This document shows, in pieces, positions 20,401 to 35,160 of a stretch of 64,000 nucleotides of DNA (its first letter is position 1; the number at the start of each line of letters is the position of its first letter). Below the pieces are notes generated by a model, which ran no database searches, was not told the origin of the DNA, and saw nothing but the letters and a program-made list of their open reading frames with translations. The position numbers and the translations under genes are program-made. Source of the stretch: Bugula neritina (lineage: Eukaryota > Animalia > Bryozoa); NCBI GenBank assembly GCA_964035545.1, contig OZ037767.1, forward strand, positions 10,984,581 to 11,048,580, given 5' to 3'.

Positions 20401-20888
20401 TCCTGCAAACTATCAATTCTTACCCTGTTCATAAATTATGGATAGAACTTGCTGTTTTTGTAGCTTTGTATTTTTAGAATTGTACAGTAGAGAGGGACTG
20501 GGTGGGTCTAAGACCTGCAAGAAAAGGTGGAATTCGTCTGGAAGTTGACTCTACATATCACTCAACTGTTAAGGTACTACTATGGTATATAATATAGGGG
20601 TAACCGGGGCACAAGTCATAGGGGTTCAAAAAGCCAAAGTCAAATTGTGAAAGACTTTATTGACTTGGAGTTGTGAGTTTTTTTTCTTTAATAAAAAGGC
20701 AATGACCTAATTATTCAGCCACCACCACCAGTAGTAGTGTTACATATTATTATCTATTGAAGGTGATACATAATTATGGTCATGATGGATCAGGAGTGTC
20801 CCTGCACTGGGGGTGTGCGGCAGAAGTGGTTACTAAGGCTACCGAGTCACTTCATATACCACCATACATTCTCACATCTAAATTGTGA
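17456..20888 (+). CDS. DAO: D-amino-acid oxidase (DAO/DDO family), peroxisomal, ~10 exons
   Basis: Exons give [10 protein letters not shown] (FAD binding), [62 protein letters not shown] and C-terminal SKL* (PTS1). It lacks the DDO-type GGTR arginine, so it is DAO-like. Confidence 0.93.
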
Positions 20889-22088
20889 TATTAATCAGAC
20901 TATGGCTGCTTCAGATTAAATCTTCAACATGTGTTACTATATAATTCTTTCTCAACTAAACTGAATGATGTAGACCTACATTGCTGGTTGTGGCCAATGA
21001 CTACAGGTGTTTACAAACACAATTATGTTTATTAGAGCACAGTTTGCATCATGGGCTGCTGCTCGTGACTTTTTACTAGTGTTACAGTTGGCGATTTGGA
21101 TTTCAGAAAGCAATGTGTATACAAATACTGCACTCGGTCACCCCCAACCCAGTGCTGCTTCTAATTATATTCCTTTTCAGCGCTACAACTCTACTATTTC
21201 CAAGTTGCTAGAGTCTCTGAAATCTAAATTCACTTTTACAATTCCATTCTGTGCTATTACTTGTATATTATTGTAAATTAATCAAATTAAAAATTTTAAA
21301 CTGCAGCAACTTTTTACATCTAAAGCTCAACATTCAGTATGCTGTTTGAAAAGCAGATATTGGATTATTTTTTTATATTCACTGTGGACCAGTTTTAGTT
21401 TTTGATCAAACTTGCTGACAGTCTTGGTATTGTACATTAAAAATTTGAGAAATATGGCTGACTAGAAAACTAGAAATGATTTGTAAGGTTTTATTGTATC
21501 AATAAACTACAAGTAAAAAGATCTCAACTTTTTAAAAATACACTAAAACTAATTCCGAAACTACATCGACTAAATACATCATTGTTTCACTTTCAGTAAA
21601 GCATAAAATAGACACATATTTCCCTAATCAATTTTCAGACAAAGTTTCACTTCACACAATCTCACCAGCGCAGTTAATTTTTGGACACAGCAGGCCTTCT
21701 CACACATGAAATGCAGCCCACATAAAATGTTTCATCTACTGATATCACACGTGGACAGCTAAAAGTGGTTAATACTAGAGGCCAACTCATTATAAAAATA
21801 CATATATTTGAGCTTAAGCATTTGCACAAATATTCTTCACATTTTGAAATAATTAAATTAGCAAAAATAATGATATATTGAAAAAATAGACAAATTTTGA
21901 TACTAAATAATTTATATTGTTAGTGAACTTCACTGTAGAGGGAATGTGTTAGCCCACAACAAGTTGATGTACTATAGCCTACACACTACATACCAATGCA
22001 ATATTTACTAGAATAGTTAATGATAAATTTAAGGTGATTTGATGTTTCTCCCAGGTATAACTATGGTGGCAGCAAACCTAACACGGTG

Positions 22089-25000
22089 TTACTTTAATGG
22101 ACTGTATTTTGGGTGTGTTGGCGCCTCTATAAATGATCTTAGCTCATAGGATGCAACTTTTGGGTCAAACTCAAAGCGGTCTCGAGCGTATATCAATCGA
22201 ATATCCGTGTGAAGGAAAATCTAAAAACATGAATGTAAATTACAAGATCGTAGTACATGGTAAGTAACACTTGTCCGCTGAATAATTCGTTGATTCATTT
22301 TACAAGCACTACAAAATTTGTCGAAAAAATAAAACTAAATGCAATACTAACTACCGCCAACAGTTGCTCAAGTTAAAGTATTTATTATAATAAAAATATG
22401 TGTATATCTGTGGAAAAACTATTTAATTATAAATATAATAGTTTCTACCTTAACCAGCATTAGTAAACAACAGAGTTTATACCATGCATGCACACACACA
22501 ATAAGTGGTAGAGTTTATACCAAACACACAGACATACCTTGTTGGTCTTTGTGCTGAGGATCCGAAGATGAATAAGATATCTGAGATAAGTAGGAAGCTT
22601 ATCCTTTGATTTAGCAAATGAACTTGCTTGTCCTTGACCTTGCTGTTCACACGGCGCATACACTGTCTTCTGCCTGATGAAGGTTTGACTCTTGGGTGGC
22701 ATGTCGCTGAGATCATACGTCACCACAAACATCTTGTTTACTTTATGATTGGGATAGAACAGCGTCTGTGGGGAACCAACGTAGTAGAATGTCAATAGTA
22801 CATACTCAGGGTAGTTATCAGAGCTGACAGGGCAACAAATCTCAATAAAAAGCACAGTAAGCAGAAGCACCATTGTATCAATCAATTAATCAAAATGTTA
22901 CATTCATACAGCTTCAGACAACAAAGGTGATCTAATAACATGACGAAAGTACTCACAATCTGTAGGGTGCCCTTTGGAGGAATCTGGTAGCCCCGCCTAC
23001 TAACTTTCGACAAGTCGACATAACCCTAACAAATAGAAAGAGACCATGAAGATAGTTCTGCTGACGCATCAATGGATTTTTCAAGGTTTCTGCTGAGCGT
23101 AAAGTATTTAGTGTATAAATCCTTACACTTGTATAATTGTCTAGTATTCACCAACACGTGCTTTTATACTCAATAAAACTTAAACTTTAAAGGATGTAGA
23201 AGTCTAACAAACAATAACTCACCAGATACGGCGAGGAGGCATCATCATCAGATAAACTGTTGAAGAAATACGCTTCAACAGGAAGAACTCTGTGTTGCGG
23301 ACAGAAAGCGCCGGAGGCACCGATGTCTACCGTGAAACCATCTACAGAACCTGCCGGATCTATTCTACCATTGAGAAGTGACTCCTGTAACAAATGGCCA
23401 CAGTTCCCAGTACATCATGCTTCATGTTGACAATGAAACCAGTTGTCAATAGCGACGAGTTGAAATAAAATAAGATTTGTCATCAATGTAAGAAAATACA
23501 AAGTGCGATTTTTGGTATATCATCTACTAATGACCTCGTAAGCATGAGAAAACTCTCTTAACACAACGGGAAATATTTGGACTCAGCGTAGTAGATGATA
23601 ACCTAAAACACTAACCAGTATATCCTAAAATAGTTTCTACTCTCTAGTCATTGTATTTATTTGTTGTCAATGACTTTGTATAAATTGACTCCTGCATTGT
23701 AAACATTGCCATGAAGTGAACGTTTGCATGAATACTACTAACTGGTATTAACAAACCCTTTTACAAGTTTTACCACCTTTCATTAGTTTAAACATAAAAT
23801 AACTCCACTAAACATAAAACTTTAAACATTATATGTATAACCATCTAAAAACCAAGAAACAACATTACTTTGACACTTCCTTTACCATCACCATAGAATA
23901 ATCAGTACATTGCGCTAACCTCAAAGTTCCCAAGAAGACTGTTGCGAGACTGAGCTTGGGTCCTGTTAGGAGTGGTGAACGCGGGGGCACTAGAACTAAG
24001 AGGAAGTGAGGTTTTATCTCGTTCTGGCGTTTGATCATGTTCCGATAGCGATGTACAGGAAATCGCGCTACAATCATAACCATATTTCATGATGAAATTA
24101 AAACTGGTAAATGACAATCACTCACTTTCAAACTCGTGTTGTGAGTAGATAATAGACTGTGTGAATGCAGCTTAGTTTAGCATCGACTACATACAGCACT
24201 GATGAGCAAATAGAGTTGTCTGCCCTACCTATATATTAGTTCAGCTCACATAAACTGTTATAAAACAGCCTATAGCAAATTTTATTTGACTATTTGTGAA
24301 GAGTTACAAGTCAACAAAACTGCAAAAAATACATTAAAAAATTCAACATGTAAATACCTCTAAGAAATTGAAAAGGTAAATTAAATAAGTGAGATTAAAG
24401 GCTAGCAGGCATGTGTTGCATTTCAAACAAAACCACACTTACTTCTTAATGGATTGAACACTGTTTATGGAGTCGTCATATCCAAAGCTTTTACCAGCTC
24501 TTTTAACTGGAGCCTAGAATGTATGCCAGAAGAAAATTGTTAAAAAGAGTGAATACTGTAATAGATAGTCCCAATTACTAGTGCATGCATTACACCGCAG
24601 AAATTATAGTGTGCTGTAATTTATGTGCAAGTGACTTTACCGGACTAGACTGAAGAGGTCTCTGTCTGAACAACCTTGAACGACTGGGAGGAGGACACGA
24701 CGCCGTCTGTTTGATATTCTGCAACTTCAAAAGAAACTACACTTAGTATAATAATAGACAGGTGGAAGCTAACTAACAAAATGTTATCAACTGGTGAAAG
24801 TAAAAGTTATTGCTGGGTACAACTATGTTGTATCCGTTAGAGGCAGGCAAATATTAATCATAAACAGTTATGAAGGAAGACAGTCAGGAGCTGCAAATAC
24901 AATTTGCTGAACAAGGAAGGAGCCAATCACAACGTAATATATCTGTTGAGAGTATTGAGACAATTGAGGCTTTAATGGCTTGAAAACATTCTTGATAAAA

Positions 25001-28000
25001 CTTGAAAGGCAGTAGTTTGCAAGGATATGTTATGACATGCTTAGAAGAGTGACTTGGAAAGCAGAGTAGGCAATAGGAAGAGTTTGTTGATATTCTTAAT
25101 GCTAATAACAGAAAAAACCTGCCCAACTCTGGTATAGTCAACAACCACAGGGTGGAAAATGAATCAGATGTATAATAACAAATCATTATTTCTGCTCATG
25201 AAAATGATCTAAGAATGTGGTAATCTCAGGCATGTGAAAATACCTTTTTATTAACTGGTGTGCCTGATAAATTTTCTTTATCCTCACGTCCCTGAGTTGA
25301 GTGGCGCCTTGATCTACGTGTATATGATTTGTCATCTTTATCATTATGTAGGGAGGATGACTCTCCACTATCCAATGATTTACTCTGATTGGTCAATAGA
25401 TTGCTAGGTAACCTGCTATTGGACGAGTCATGTTCTACATGCACTTCATTACCTATACTGTTCAAAGTTCTGTCTACTGCAATTGGGCAGTTATCACTTT
25501 TAGCTGCTATATTACCAGAAAGTGATTGGGAGTTGTCTGTACACTCAACAATAGTTTGTTTTGATTGACAACTTGATGACCTATTAGAATCGTCTGAGTT
25601 GGCTATAGAGTCTTTGGATGAACTACATGAGGATTTGAGAGAATCTTCTTCACTAGAGTTAGCGTCAGAATGGCGTGCGAAATTGCGTGCAAGACTGTTT
25701 ACATTTTCCTGTCCCGTTCCTGGGCCATCTTCCTCCTTGGGGTCGAGAGGTGGTAACATCTCAATCTTTGGCGAGATGTCAAATGACGGAACAGTAAAAA
25801 ATTTGTTATCTGCAGCAGTTCGGGTAAACAAAACCTTTGGACTTTTAAGCGAAGAACATTTCTGGGATGAGATTGGTAGCCTAAATAAAGAGAAGCAAAT
25901 TAAAAACCAGTAGTGTTTAAAGAATTTCCGCTATTAATAAGTCCGATGTCTTAGAAATCTGTAACAAATTTTAAAACGCTTATAATTACTAGATTGTCTG
26001 TGGTTAACTAGAAGAAGTCCTACATCTCCTAGACTAAACTTGAGCTGGTGAATTGCATTTATTTTTGTGATTTCATAATTGCTTTGGACTTCTAGTTTTT
26101 GAAACCATTCTTGAGAAGTGAAAAACATAATATTTCTACATGATTTATATATAAAAAGCTACATTTCAATAAAGTTTTAAAAGTATTACTTGTTGACATC
26201 AATATAAATAAACTATAGACTCTACTCTGTATTAGATTTAAAAGCAGCCGCTCAAGGCATACAGGAGTTGCCCTACCTGGTAGGATGCACGACTTTTCTG
26301 GGAGATTTTCCAGTGGCACATGAAATTGGTTCTAGTTTATTTATAGAATTGGCTGGTACAGCAGTGAAAGATGCGAGCTTTTCAGCAGCAGTTAGTGAAG
26401 GACTAAAAGGGACGTCAGAATCATCAGAGTATTTGAGACAGCGTTGAGCTGCATAGGTATGTTGACTGGTCAGTTCAGTGGCTGACTTTCGCCCTGTGAT
26501 ACACAAAATACCATATGATTATTACTGTGATAAATAAAGGAAACCTGCATTAGTGTACTAGTGCCAAATATTTGTGAGATTATGTCATAATTTGAAACCT
26601 GTAAGGGGACATAAACTAGCATCACAAGTACCTGTAAGATCTTGTAACCCTCGGACGCTTTTAGACCTGTTGTGGGTTCTTTCATTAGGTGTGACAGCTC
26701 GTGCTATTTCATCATCCAGGTCTTCTTCACTAGTACTGCCAGTATTTGTCCACAACCTGTAGGATAAGGCAAACCATGTACAAGATTTACAACCAACTAA
26801 ACAGTCTAAATGATTTCGTACTCAAATGTATTATAAAAGTCTAGTAGGTAACTTGACTTGTTAGTGTTTCATTATTAGTGTGATGTACAATAATTTTAAA
26901 GATTTCAGTTTCTAACGAATCTTGTTCTTTGAAAGATGTATTACTAGAGCAAGTGTATGCTAAAGTTACATAAAAAAAACAACCAATTTTATCAAAATAG
27001 AATATGAATGTAAGATGGAGAAAGTAAATTTACCCCCAAACCTACATACCTACCAACTGTAAACCTGCTACCCTTATTAAACTAAAGCTAAAAGCAAAGC
27101 CTGCATGTCATTAAAAATAAAGATACAGTTGAATGTATGTGCTAAAACAGCTGTCCGAAAGCTGTCAAATAGCATTTCTTTTTGTATCAAATGTAAACAC
27201 CAACTCTCTTATTTGTACTGAAGAGTACCAATTTATTATATCTGTGCATCTAGAAAACTTTCCTTCAGAGTGCTGCAAGTTTTAAAATGCAAATTTGTTT
27301 TAAAAGCAAGGAAATAGCATCTACAGAGTAGATAAGCCAACTCAATGCTTCTGTGTTGTCTATCACAATGTTGCACCTCGATATTGAGCTAATTTGTGCT
27401 ATGGAATTCAAAACTAGCATTTATTTTTTGAGCTACAAACAGAAAGTTTTTAAAAAACATTGAACAGAATGCTTCTAGCTTCAAACTTTAAAAATTTACT
27501 TTCTTTATTTTATATATACTACACTACACTACACTACTATACAGCAATACATTCTGCACACTGCTACATTATATTGCATCACATTACACAGACCTCCGAG
27601 ATTTCCCAAGCAAAGGTGAAGCATCTTTCACACCAAAAAGCTTGTCTCTGCTGGCAATGCTGATCTCGTACGGGGTTAGCGTAGTTCTAGGCAGACTTGA
27701 CAGGGTGACCCTGACAGCCAACCGAGGACGTCCCAAACTGGCGTCAGGGAACTTGTGGCTTTGAGGAGACATGACGAACTTGTGCACAAACCATTCTCCT
27801 GGTGCGGTAAGTCTACAACATGGAGAAGGCAACTGCTAATAGGCACACTGTAAATACTAAATAATCCTAAGAAAAATTCAGTATCTAGTGGTGTGAACAG
27901 GAAGCAGTAATTATGCAGGAACACACAACTCTAGTCACTACTTTTAATTCACTTCAACCTTAAAGCCTCTAAATGTAAGCAAATCAAAACTAACTCAACA

Positions 28001-30408
28001 TGTAGTAAAAATAATTTTGTAGTATATGGAAATAGTAAAATATTATCTACCATATAATGATATGATACATGTCTAAAATGTAATATTTCCACTATTACCT
28101 ATAAAAAAGTGTTTTACTGTGACACCTTTGTGATTACCTGTAGAATATATGTCTCGGTGTGACACCCTGAGAAGCTGCTAGCCAAGCTGAGAGCTGGGAA
28201 AAGCACAAATGAGATCTAACTGCGTTACACAGATTCTGTAGAGGTTGTAGTTTGCTATCGGGTCTAGAAAATAAATTAAATTCAACAGATCAGTATCACT
28301 GAGAAAGTAAAGTCTTAATAGCAGAAATGCCATAAAAAGGAGATGGGAAGAGAGAGTTATTACATTAGGAGATGAGAGGGATGAGTGATTTTTATACTTG
28401 AAAAGGAAACAACTTGAGAAAATGTGGCAGAATTGGTGCTAAGCATTACAGTAACTGTCAACGTATACATACAAAATCCATCATGTATTATTCAAGAGGA
28501 GCTTAAGAAATACAAAAAACTACTTTTTGACGCGTTTCAACATAAGTAGGCATGGCATGGCAAGCTCAGTCTTAGCTTAGGTGAGAATTACAATAACATG
28601 CCCCATCTGTTGGGCAAGCTATCATGACAGAAATAGGTTGATATTTTCCTATTCAAATTTTGTTACAAACAATTAGAAAATTATCGATTCCACTCAGAAC
28701 TGCTGGACAAATCCAAGAATAATGTAAGCTGAGCTCATAAAATATAGTCTCAGAACAAAGTATAGTCTGAGGAATGATCACTGACGTAACCAAGGTTACA
28801 TACAGTTGGAATCACTGAACCAAACCACATTTTGTAGCATTCATCAGAAAATTAAAAATACTTGGAGCCAAAAGTAGTAAGTGCAGCATCCCACTGTTAG
28901 TAGGAAAGTAATTGATACAGCCAAATACTATACAGGAACCAACTGCCGGATTTTATCTCTCCATTTTAAATTTGGAATACTCCAGGAAGGTTCAACTTCA
29001 AAGTAACAATTTGAGACATTTAAGGATTAGGAGATATAATAATGTTTTACTTGACCTAATGCTTAAGGACTATTTTGGCAAGTAATAAATAACTCAATGG
29101 TAATTAAATGTCAATGTCTCACCCAGGGGACAGTTGCACATCATATAACATAGAATAGGTAGTATAACACAAGAATGGCTGCCGTTGCTGCCTCACCTGG
29201 AGCACACTTGCTGAATGGTCCACTGCTCCAGGAGGACGTAGCAGTTGGAGTGGGCGGAGCCAACCTCGTGAGTGTTGTGCTGAATAGGGGGCGCCGCCTT
29301 CCCACTATCGGCGTTTTCTATCTCACAACGTGGACAGAGCAGCACCTCTACACACAGTGGTATCTTGTTCCTGCACAGTCCCCCCATAACCTCTCTGTAC
29401 CGCCTCACTTTCTGACACTGTAGGAGATACAGGAAGTACTTTACCATTTCATAATACTAACTGTGTTGATAACATGACTATTACTTCACGTAAGACACAA
29501 TGACACAACTCTTCGTGACTCAAAACTCTCTCTCTTTCTCGTATATATAACTTAGATGTAGTCTTGAAGTTAGTACTGGAAAAACAACTCCTAACACAGT
29601 AGCAATATTCCAATATGTGATTACTGTACTATAACGTAATCCAATATAATACACTATATATATATATATACATGAATACAATATTCCATATATCAATACT
29701 ATAGTACAATATCACTTCATTATAAATCAATACAATATTGCTTTTCACGATTTAAAATATAAGTAATGAGCAGTCACATGGCCAAGTCATATTTGGGAGA
29801 GGTTCTTGAACTTGAAGCAACCTGATTGACCTCTAAAACACTAGACTGAGTCATAACTAAACAACAACGTGAAATTATATGATTAGCTAATCTCAAAGGA
29901 CTGCTATTCATTGACTTGGCCTAATAGTTTTTTATCAAATTGATCAGTCACTGAAAATACTCATCAATTTGATAAATAAATCTTTGCTTTCAAACTCAGC
30001 TTATTATTTGTGAAATTATCAAATTAAACAAGACAGTAACATTATATTTAATTCCTCAGATTATATTATTATATCAATATATTTGGGTCTGTTAGTAGGT
30101 AATATAATAATTAACATGAGAACACAACTTCAGTTACACTCAAATTTCTCTTTCAAAATAAGGACCTATAAATCTTCTTTGACACTGCATCTGCCTTGTG
30201 ACAGCCACAGGAATACTCTGAACATTCTCACCTCTTCATTAGTCTCAGAGCAGGACTTGTGGACAGGTGCATTCTGAATAGCATGGGACCCGTCACGCCG
30301 TCCCTTACTCGACGACTCAGGAATTCGAGACTCGGTGATAAGCAGGCCGACTGTCTCATAGGCTTTATCCAATGAAATGTCATCATATTCATCATGCCCG
30401 GCAGCCAT
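22089..30408 (-). CDS. ATOSA: Atos homolog / FAM214 family protein (DUF4210 plus C-terminal conserved domain), multi-exon
   Basis: LLITESRIP; VLLEQW; LLGNFEESLLNGR; GASGAFCPQH; SPYL; PPKGTLQ; KMFVVTYDLSDMP..SQTFIRQKT; LRYLIHLR; LHTDIRL..PTHPKYSPLK*. GT-AG junctions are visible. 5' non-coding exons probably extend toward ~38.5 kb. Confidence 0.9.
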
Positions 30409-30553
30409 GCTCTCACCTATCGGTCGACCTACAACACAGCATTCGTATAAGTATGGGGGAGCAGTGGCAGAAAGCCCACAATCACAAGGATGCCTGCAGA
30501 TGAGCCAGGGCTACTAAGTAGACAGCAAACTCAGCTCCAACTAAAATCATGTG

Positions 30554-30567
30554 GTTGCTAAGGCAAC
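30554..30567. promoter_or_regulatory. RFX X-box-like palindrome
   Basis: GTTGCTAAGGCAAC, near-consensus GTTGCCATGGCAAC, ~150 bp upstream of the ATOS start codon. Confidence 0.35.
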
Positions 30568-33500
30568 CATTTTCAATCAAGTATGCAAATTTTCAGAAAA
30601 TACAAAATAAATTGCACATCATGACATTACATTGCATTAAAATAAGTATTGGCAGAAGGTAGTCCATAGCTTATACTAGGAGACTGTCATGTCATTAGTG
30701 GGTCACAAGAGAGAGAGATAGGGTGATGAGTCATTATAATCTATCTATGGGTCACATGACTAATGAGCAGCCAATTATCAATATACATGCAAATAGTATA
30801 TTCTCTCTTATCTGGCAAGCTGTGCTACTTATGATGCCTGACTAAGTCATGTAAAAGAAACTATTCATTATCAGCCAATCTGCTCCAGTATATCATGTTA
30901 CAATAATAAGCTGAGTAGCTATTTGTGTCTTGTTAAACATTTTTAGAATTTTCCATTCAATAGAGCTGACAATTGAGTGTGAAGCACCAACTGGGTGGGG
31001 GAGATCTACGTGTAATAATTTTTTCAAAGTAACCTTGAGCAATAATTTAAAATACAACGAAATTTATTTTAAAAACTATTGTGACTGATTGTAATTAAAA
31101 AGGGTGAATATAAAATTGTTTTAGTTTGACTAGTGATTAGATCAGCACACGCTCGCTCACTCACTCAGTCACTAACTCAAACACTTAATAAGTCACTAAT
31201 ACAGGTATTGACTCAGTCACTAACTAATTCTTTCAGTCACTGATATAAAACTCACTAGCTCATTCAATTAACAAGCCAGTTATTCACTGATAAATGACTC
31301 AAAACTCACCAACTGAGTTACTCATGGAGTAATCGCTAAGTATATGACTACACACTCACCCAGTTACTCCAGTCAATTTATTTGATGAGCAACAGTCAAT
31401 AAAAACAAGTCTAATCTAACCATGCTCAACTGTCATACTATTATTGTGCAGATAACTCCCAGCTAATAGCTACAAACATGTCCAGAAACATGTAATATGA
31501 GGTTGTATTGGTAATAATATAGACAGGGCATACTGTATAATGTATATCAAGCTGCTAACTGGAGCAATATTGATAATGCTATCAAAATGCATCTCAAACT
31601 GGTATAATTATTGATATAAGTGTACCAATAAATTTAGAACACAATCACATTTTATATTCTGTTTCCTGGTAAGACAGATATGCTAAACTAGAGGCTATGA
31701 TTCAGGCCCATTTACTGGTAGCTGCATGTTGACCAACATTGCCAGGTTATACTATGTGAGTAACTGTGAGTACTGGACTTACTCTATAGATTTTTGTTAG
31801 CTAAGCAAATCTATAATAGATATAAACAATTGTAAGAGCCTAGTTTTTTGTTGAACTCTATAATGTATGCCAGTGTGCTTATTGTTAAAGCAAGCTGTTG
31901 TGAGCATGCATAACAAGCATAACTGGCATTACATCATCTTATACAAACTGTTATCCCCAAGATACCAGCTGCTCAACTGTTCTACTGCATAATATACCCA
32001 TGTGCCAGCATCAACGCAACACCTCGGCGTGTATCACTATTATTGCAACAAACAGGGCAATTAATATCTAATACATTGTTTACCACTTGTCACCAATTGA
32101 CTACAGCTAATCCTGAGTATTGGCAATCACTAATTCCACAGAGAGGTGCAGCCTGCCACAGATTCCAGGGCCTGACTGAATGGCCCACCAACTGTTGTAC
32201 ATGTCAGCAGCTGTTACTACACTACCTATAGTCCTATACAGTTACAGTGTAGTAGGTGAAGTACATTGTAGCAGTGCAGGGTATAGCAGAGTGGAATGTA
32301 GTGAAATGGGTCACACCTGAGAGAACACTTGCCCTATGTAGTAGGGTATTTACATTAGTGGCCACAACTAACCTATTAATCAATACTTACTCTATATGCA
32401 TATACTAGTAACTTGCTAAGTCACTACGTACTGTGATTGTGTAATAGTGTTGATCTGCAATAACATTATATGTTTTAGATTCAACACACCTGTCACATGT
32501 CTAACCTGATTTAGCCAAATAGTGTAATATATTTATTTAACCTGTGTAATTGAACTAATGCGAGTTAGAGTTGTCTTCTCAAAACATAACTGGCAGGTAG
32601 GCCTGCTGGAAGCCTGCAATCAAGTTTATGATCTTGAAATAAACACCAAACATGCACAGCAAGTCCGGAGATATCGTCACAAGCATTTATTTTTAGACGA
32701 TAATTATATAAAAGTATTTGAGCAATCTAAGTACCGTTTGATAGTAAAAGTACAGGAGGGAAAGTGTCCAGTAGGCCTGTTTCTACTACATCTAGTCCTA
32801 GTACTGAAAGCATTGGGAGGTTAGCCAAAAGAGTAGTGCACTTACAAGGGCTAATTCCGCTTTATGGCAAGAATAATCTTGTTCCATGCTATTGGCCAAT
32901 GCTGGGCATAGTATAAGTAACATGATGCATAGATGATGTGCTAAATTAGGCCTACCATGGTAATGCATTGTATCATAAGCTATTAGCCTAATACTAGCTT
33001 ATCTAACGTTAACCTACTGAATGTGTATATTATATAATTACATACACGCCAGCAGTATAGCTGTAAACCGTGCGTGGCATAACTGAAACCCTTGGAATAT
33101 TCGGTGATTGTGGTTATTTTTAGCGTTAATCTACTACAGGAGAGAAGTATGGCATTACTATTACACGATACCAGGAGACGCTGCAAAATCTCAAATCTCA
33201 ACCGAGCAGCCTCTTACTACCAAGTCACTAGTGATTAGAGAGTTTGTCATTAGAGTTGATTAGTTACAGTCAGTCAGTGTACAATGAGTCAGTATTCAGT
33301 CAGTCAATACAAAGTCAATCAGTAGTTACTAGTCAGTAGTTAGTACGCAGTCACTTAGTGTACAGTGAGTCAGTACGAAGTCACTTAGTGAACAGTGAAT
33401 ACACATTGCACAGTTATAGAGCCAAAAACTACTCAGTGACACTCAAAAGAGGCGTTTCTTTGCCAGTATTTCAGAAAATATTGTTGAAACATTTAGCTTG

Positions 33501-35072
33501 CAAAGTCAAAGGTGAAACACATCAGAAGGAGAGAGAAAATAGGAACAACCTGATCCACATCAACTTGAATAAACTAAGTTTATCTAGTCTATGGAATAAG
33601 TCACCAAGTAGCTGACAATATCAATACATAGCAAACCCTCTAGGTTATGCCACACCAGTGTCCATAATAGATAATGTCAGTACTACAAACCAGGATTCAT
33701 AAAATCATTTAAACAACAATATCCTCTATTGCTGCATGTAAAAGGCTAACCATGTATACCTTATCCGTAGCAGTAGTATGCTATATAACCTGCAACAGTA
33801 ACCAAGTAAAAAGCCAGTTGAGAAGAATTCAGTCATACTGGTAACAGCTAGACCAAGACTGGATATACAGAAATGAGATCATTTCCTTTCACTACACCGG
33901 ACGTCAAAGCTCAGTTTTACCATGACTACTGATTACCAAGCAATGTAGAGAGAATACTTCCCAAAATGACTAGCCAGCCCTCCTGTATTCGGATAAGAGA
34001 ATAATGTATGGATATTGCTTACAGAATACTGTACCTAGGTTCTAGCTACTTGAGAAATTTTCCACACATTTTCCCATATTCATAATATTTGCACAAAGAT
34101 GTCTTAAAAACCAATATTAGTCATTGTTAGCATGCAAAAATAGAGTAAACAATTTCTAGTTTGCTGGGACAAAAAAATAAAAGTGTTAGTGAAAAAAATA
34201 TATTAAGTAACGCTTGGCAACTTTTAACTCATCATTTTCTGATTTAATTATTAAGAAAAAAGTAGTTTTGGTAATTCCAACATAATATTATGTACCGATT
34301 AAAACTTGCCTTTTTGAGGTGGGGGTTTGTGTGAAACCTAGCCAAGCTATTTCCTTATAGAAGGAGTATTATACATATTATTATTTGTTGTGGAAAAGGA
34401 GCAGTGCACTGCAGCATTGAACTTGATGAATATGTGTGTAATATTACGATTCAAACAATTGGGTAACGATAAGTCAGTGAAACATGTGTTGCTATTGTTT
34501 GTCAACTTCACCTTATTTGCACAGTTTCAACTGCACCAGTCAGCCTTGGCTCTATTGAGATTCAGCAACAGTTTTTCAATAGCCATTAGTTATCAACACA
34601 ATATGTAGATAATTAAAGTAAGTAGAACTTGATATAGTAGAGCTCAGTGAAGTGCAATGACTCTAGTGATTCCAGTTCAAAGTTATATCACAATGCATTA
34701 CATTGCTGCATGTTACAGTTGATGTTAATAACACGTGAGTGAACCAGGAACCCTGGGAAATAGCATTGCGTACATCACAGTAGTTGTTACGTGTTTTTAT
34801 GAGTTTCTCAGAGGTGTGCAGATATGTTGGTTTTCAAAAAGTATTCTGATCCCAGCTTTCGAAGCCCTCCAACCCCCACCCCTCCTCCCTCCCTTATCAA
34901 GAGGAAGCCACACAAGCCTTGCATAACATTTCCATCTCAGTATAAACAGCTAGTCAACCCCTGTGAGCTACTTCACAGCACTGCTTGAACCAGATAAACT
35001 TTGTAGCTCAGTGATAGTTTAAGTGTTGATAGAAGCAGCAGCAACACATAAGAACACCACGTGACCTCATCA

Positions 35073-35160
35073 GTGGTAGGGGTAGTGGTGGTGGTAGCAG
35101 CAGCAGCAGCAGCAGTAGCAGTAGTAGGAGTAGGAGTGGTAGTGGTAGTGGTAGCAGTAC
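35073..35160. repeat. Compound trinucleotide microsatellite (GTG/GCA/GTA)
   Basis: Direct reading of the sequence. Confidence 0.8.

Noticed and set aside
20595-20630. TAGGGGTAACCGGGGCAC, resembling a pogo/Tc1-type TIR in a DAO intron
   Set aside because: No matching second end found.
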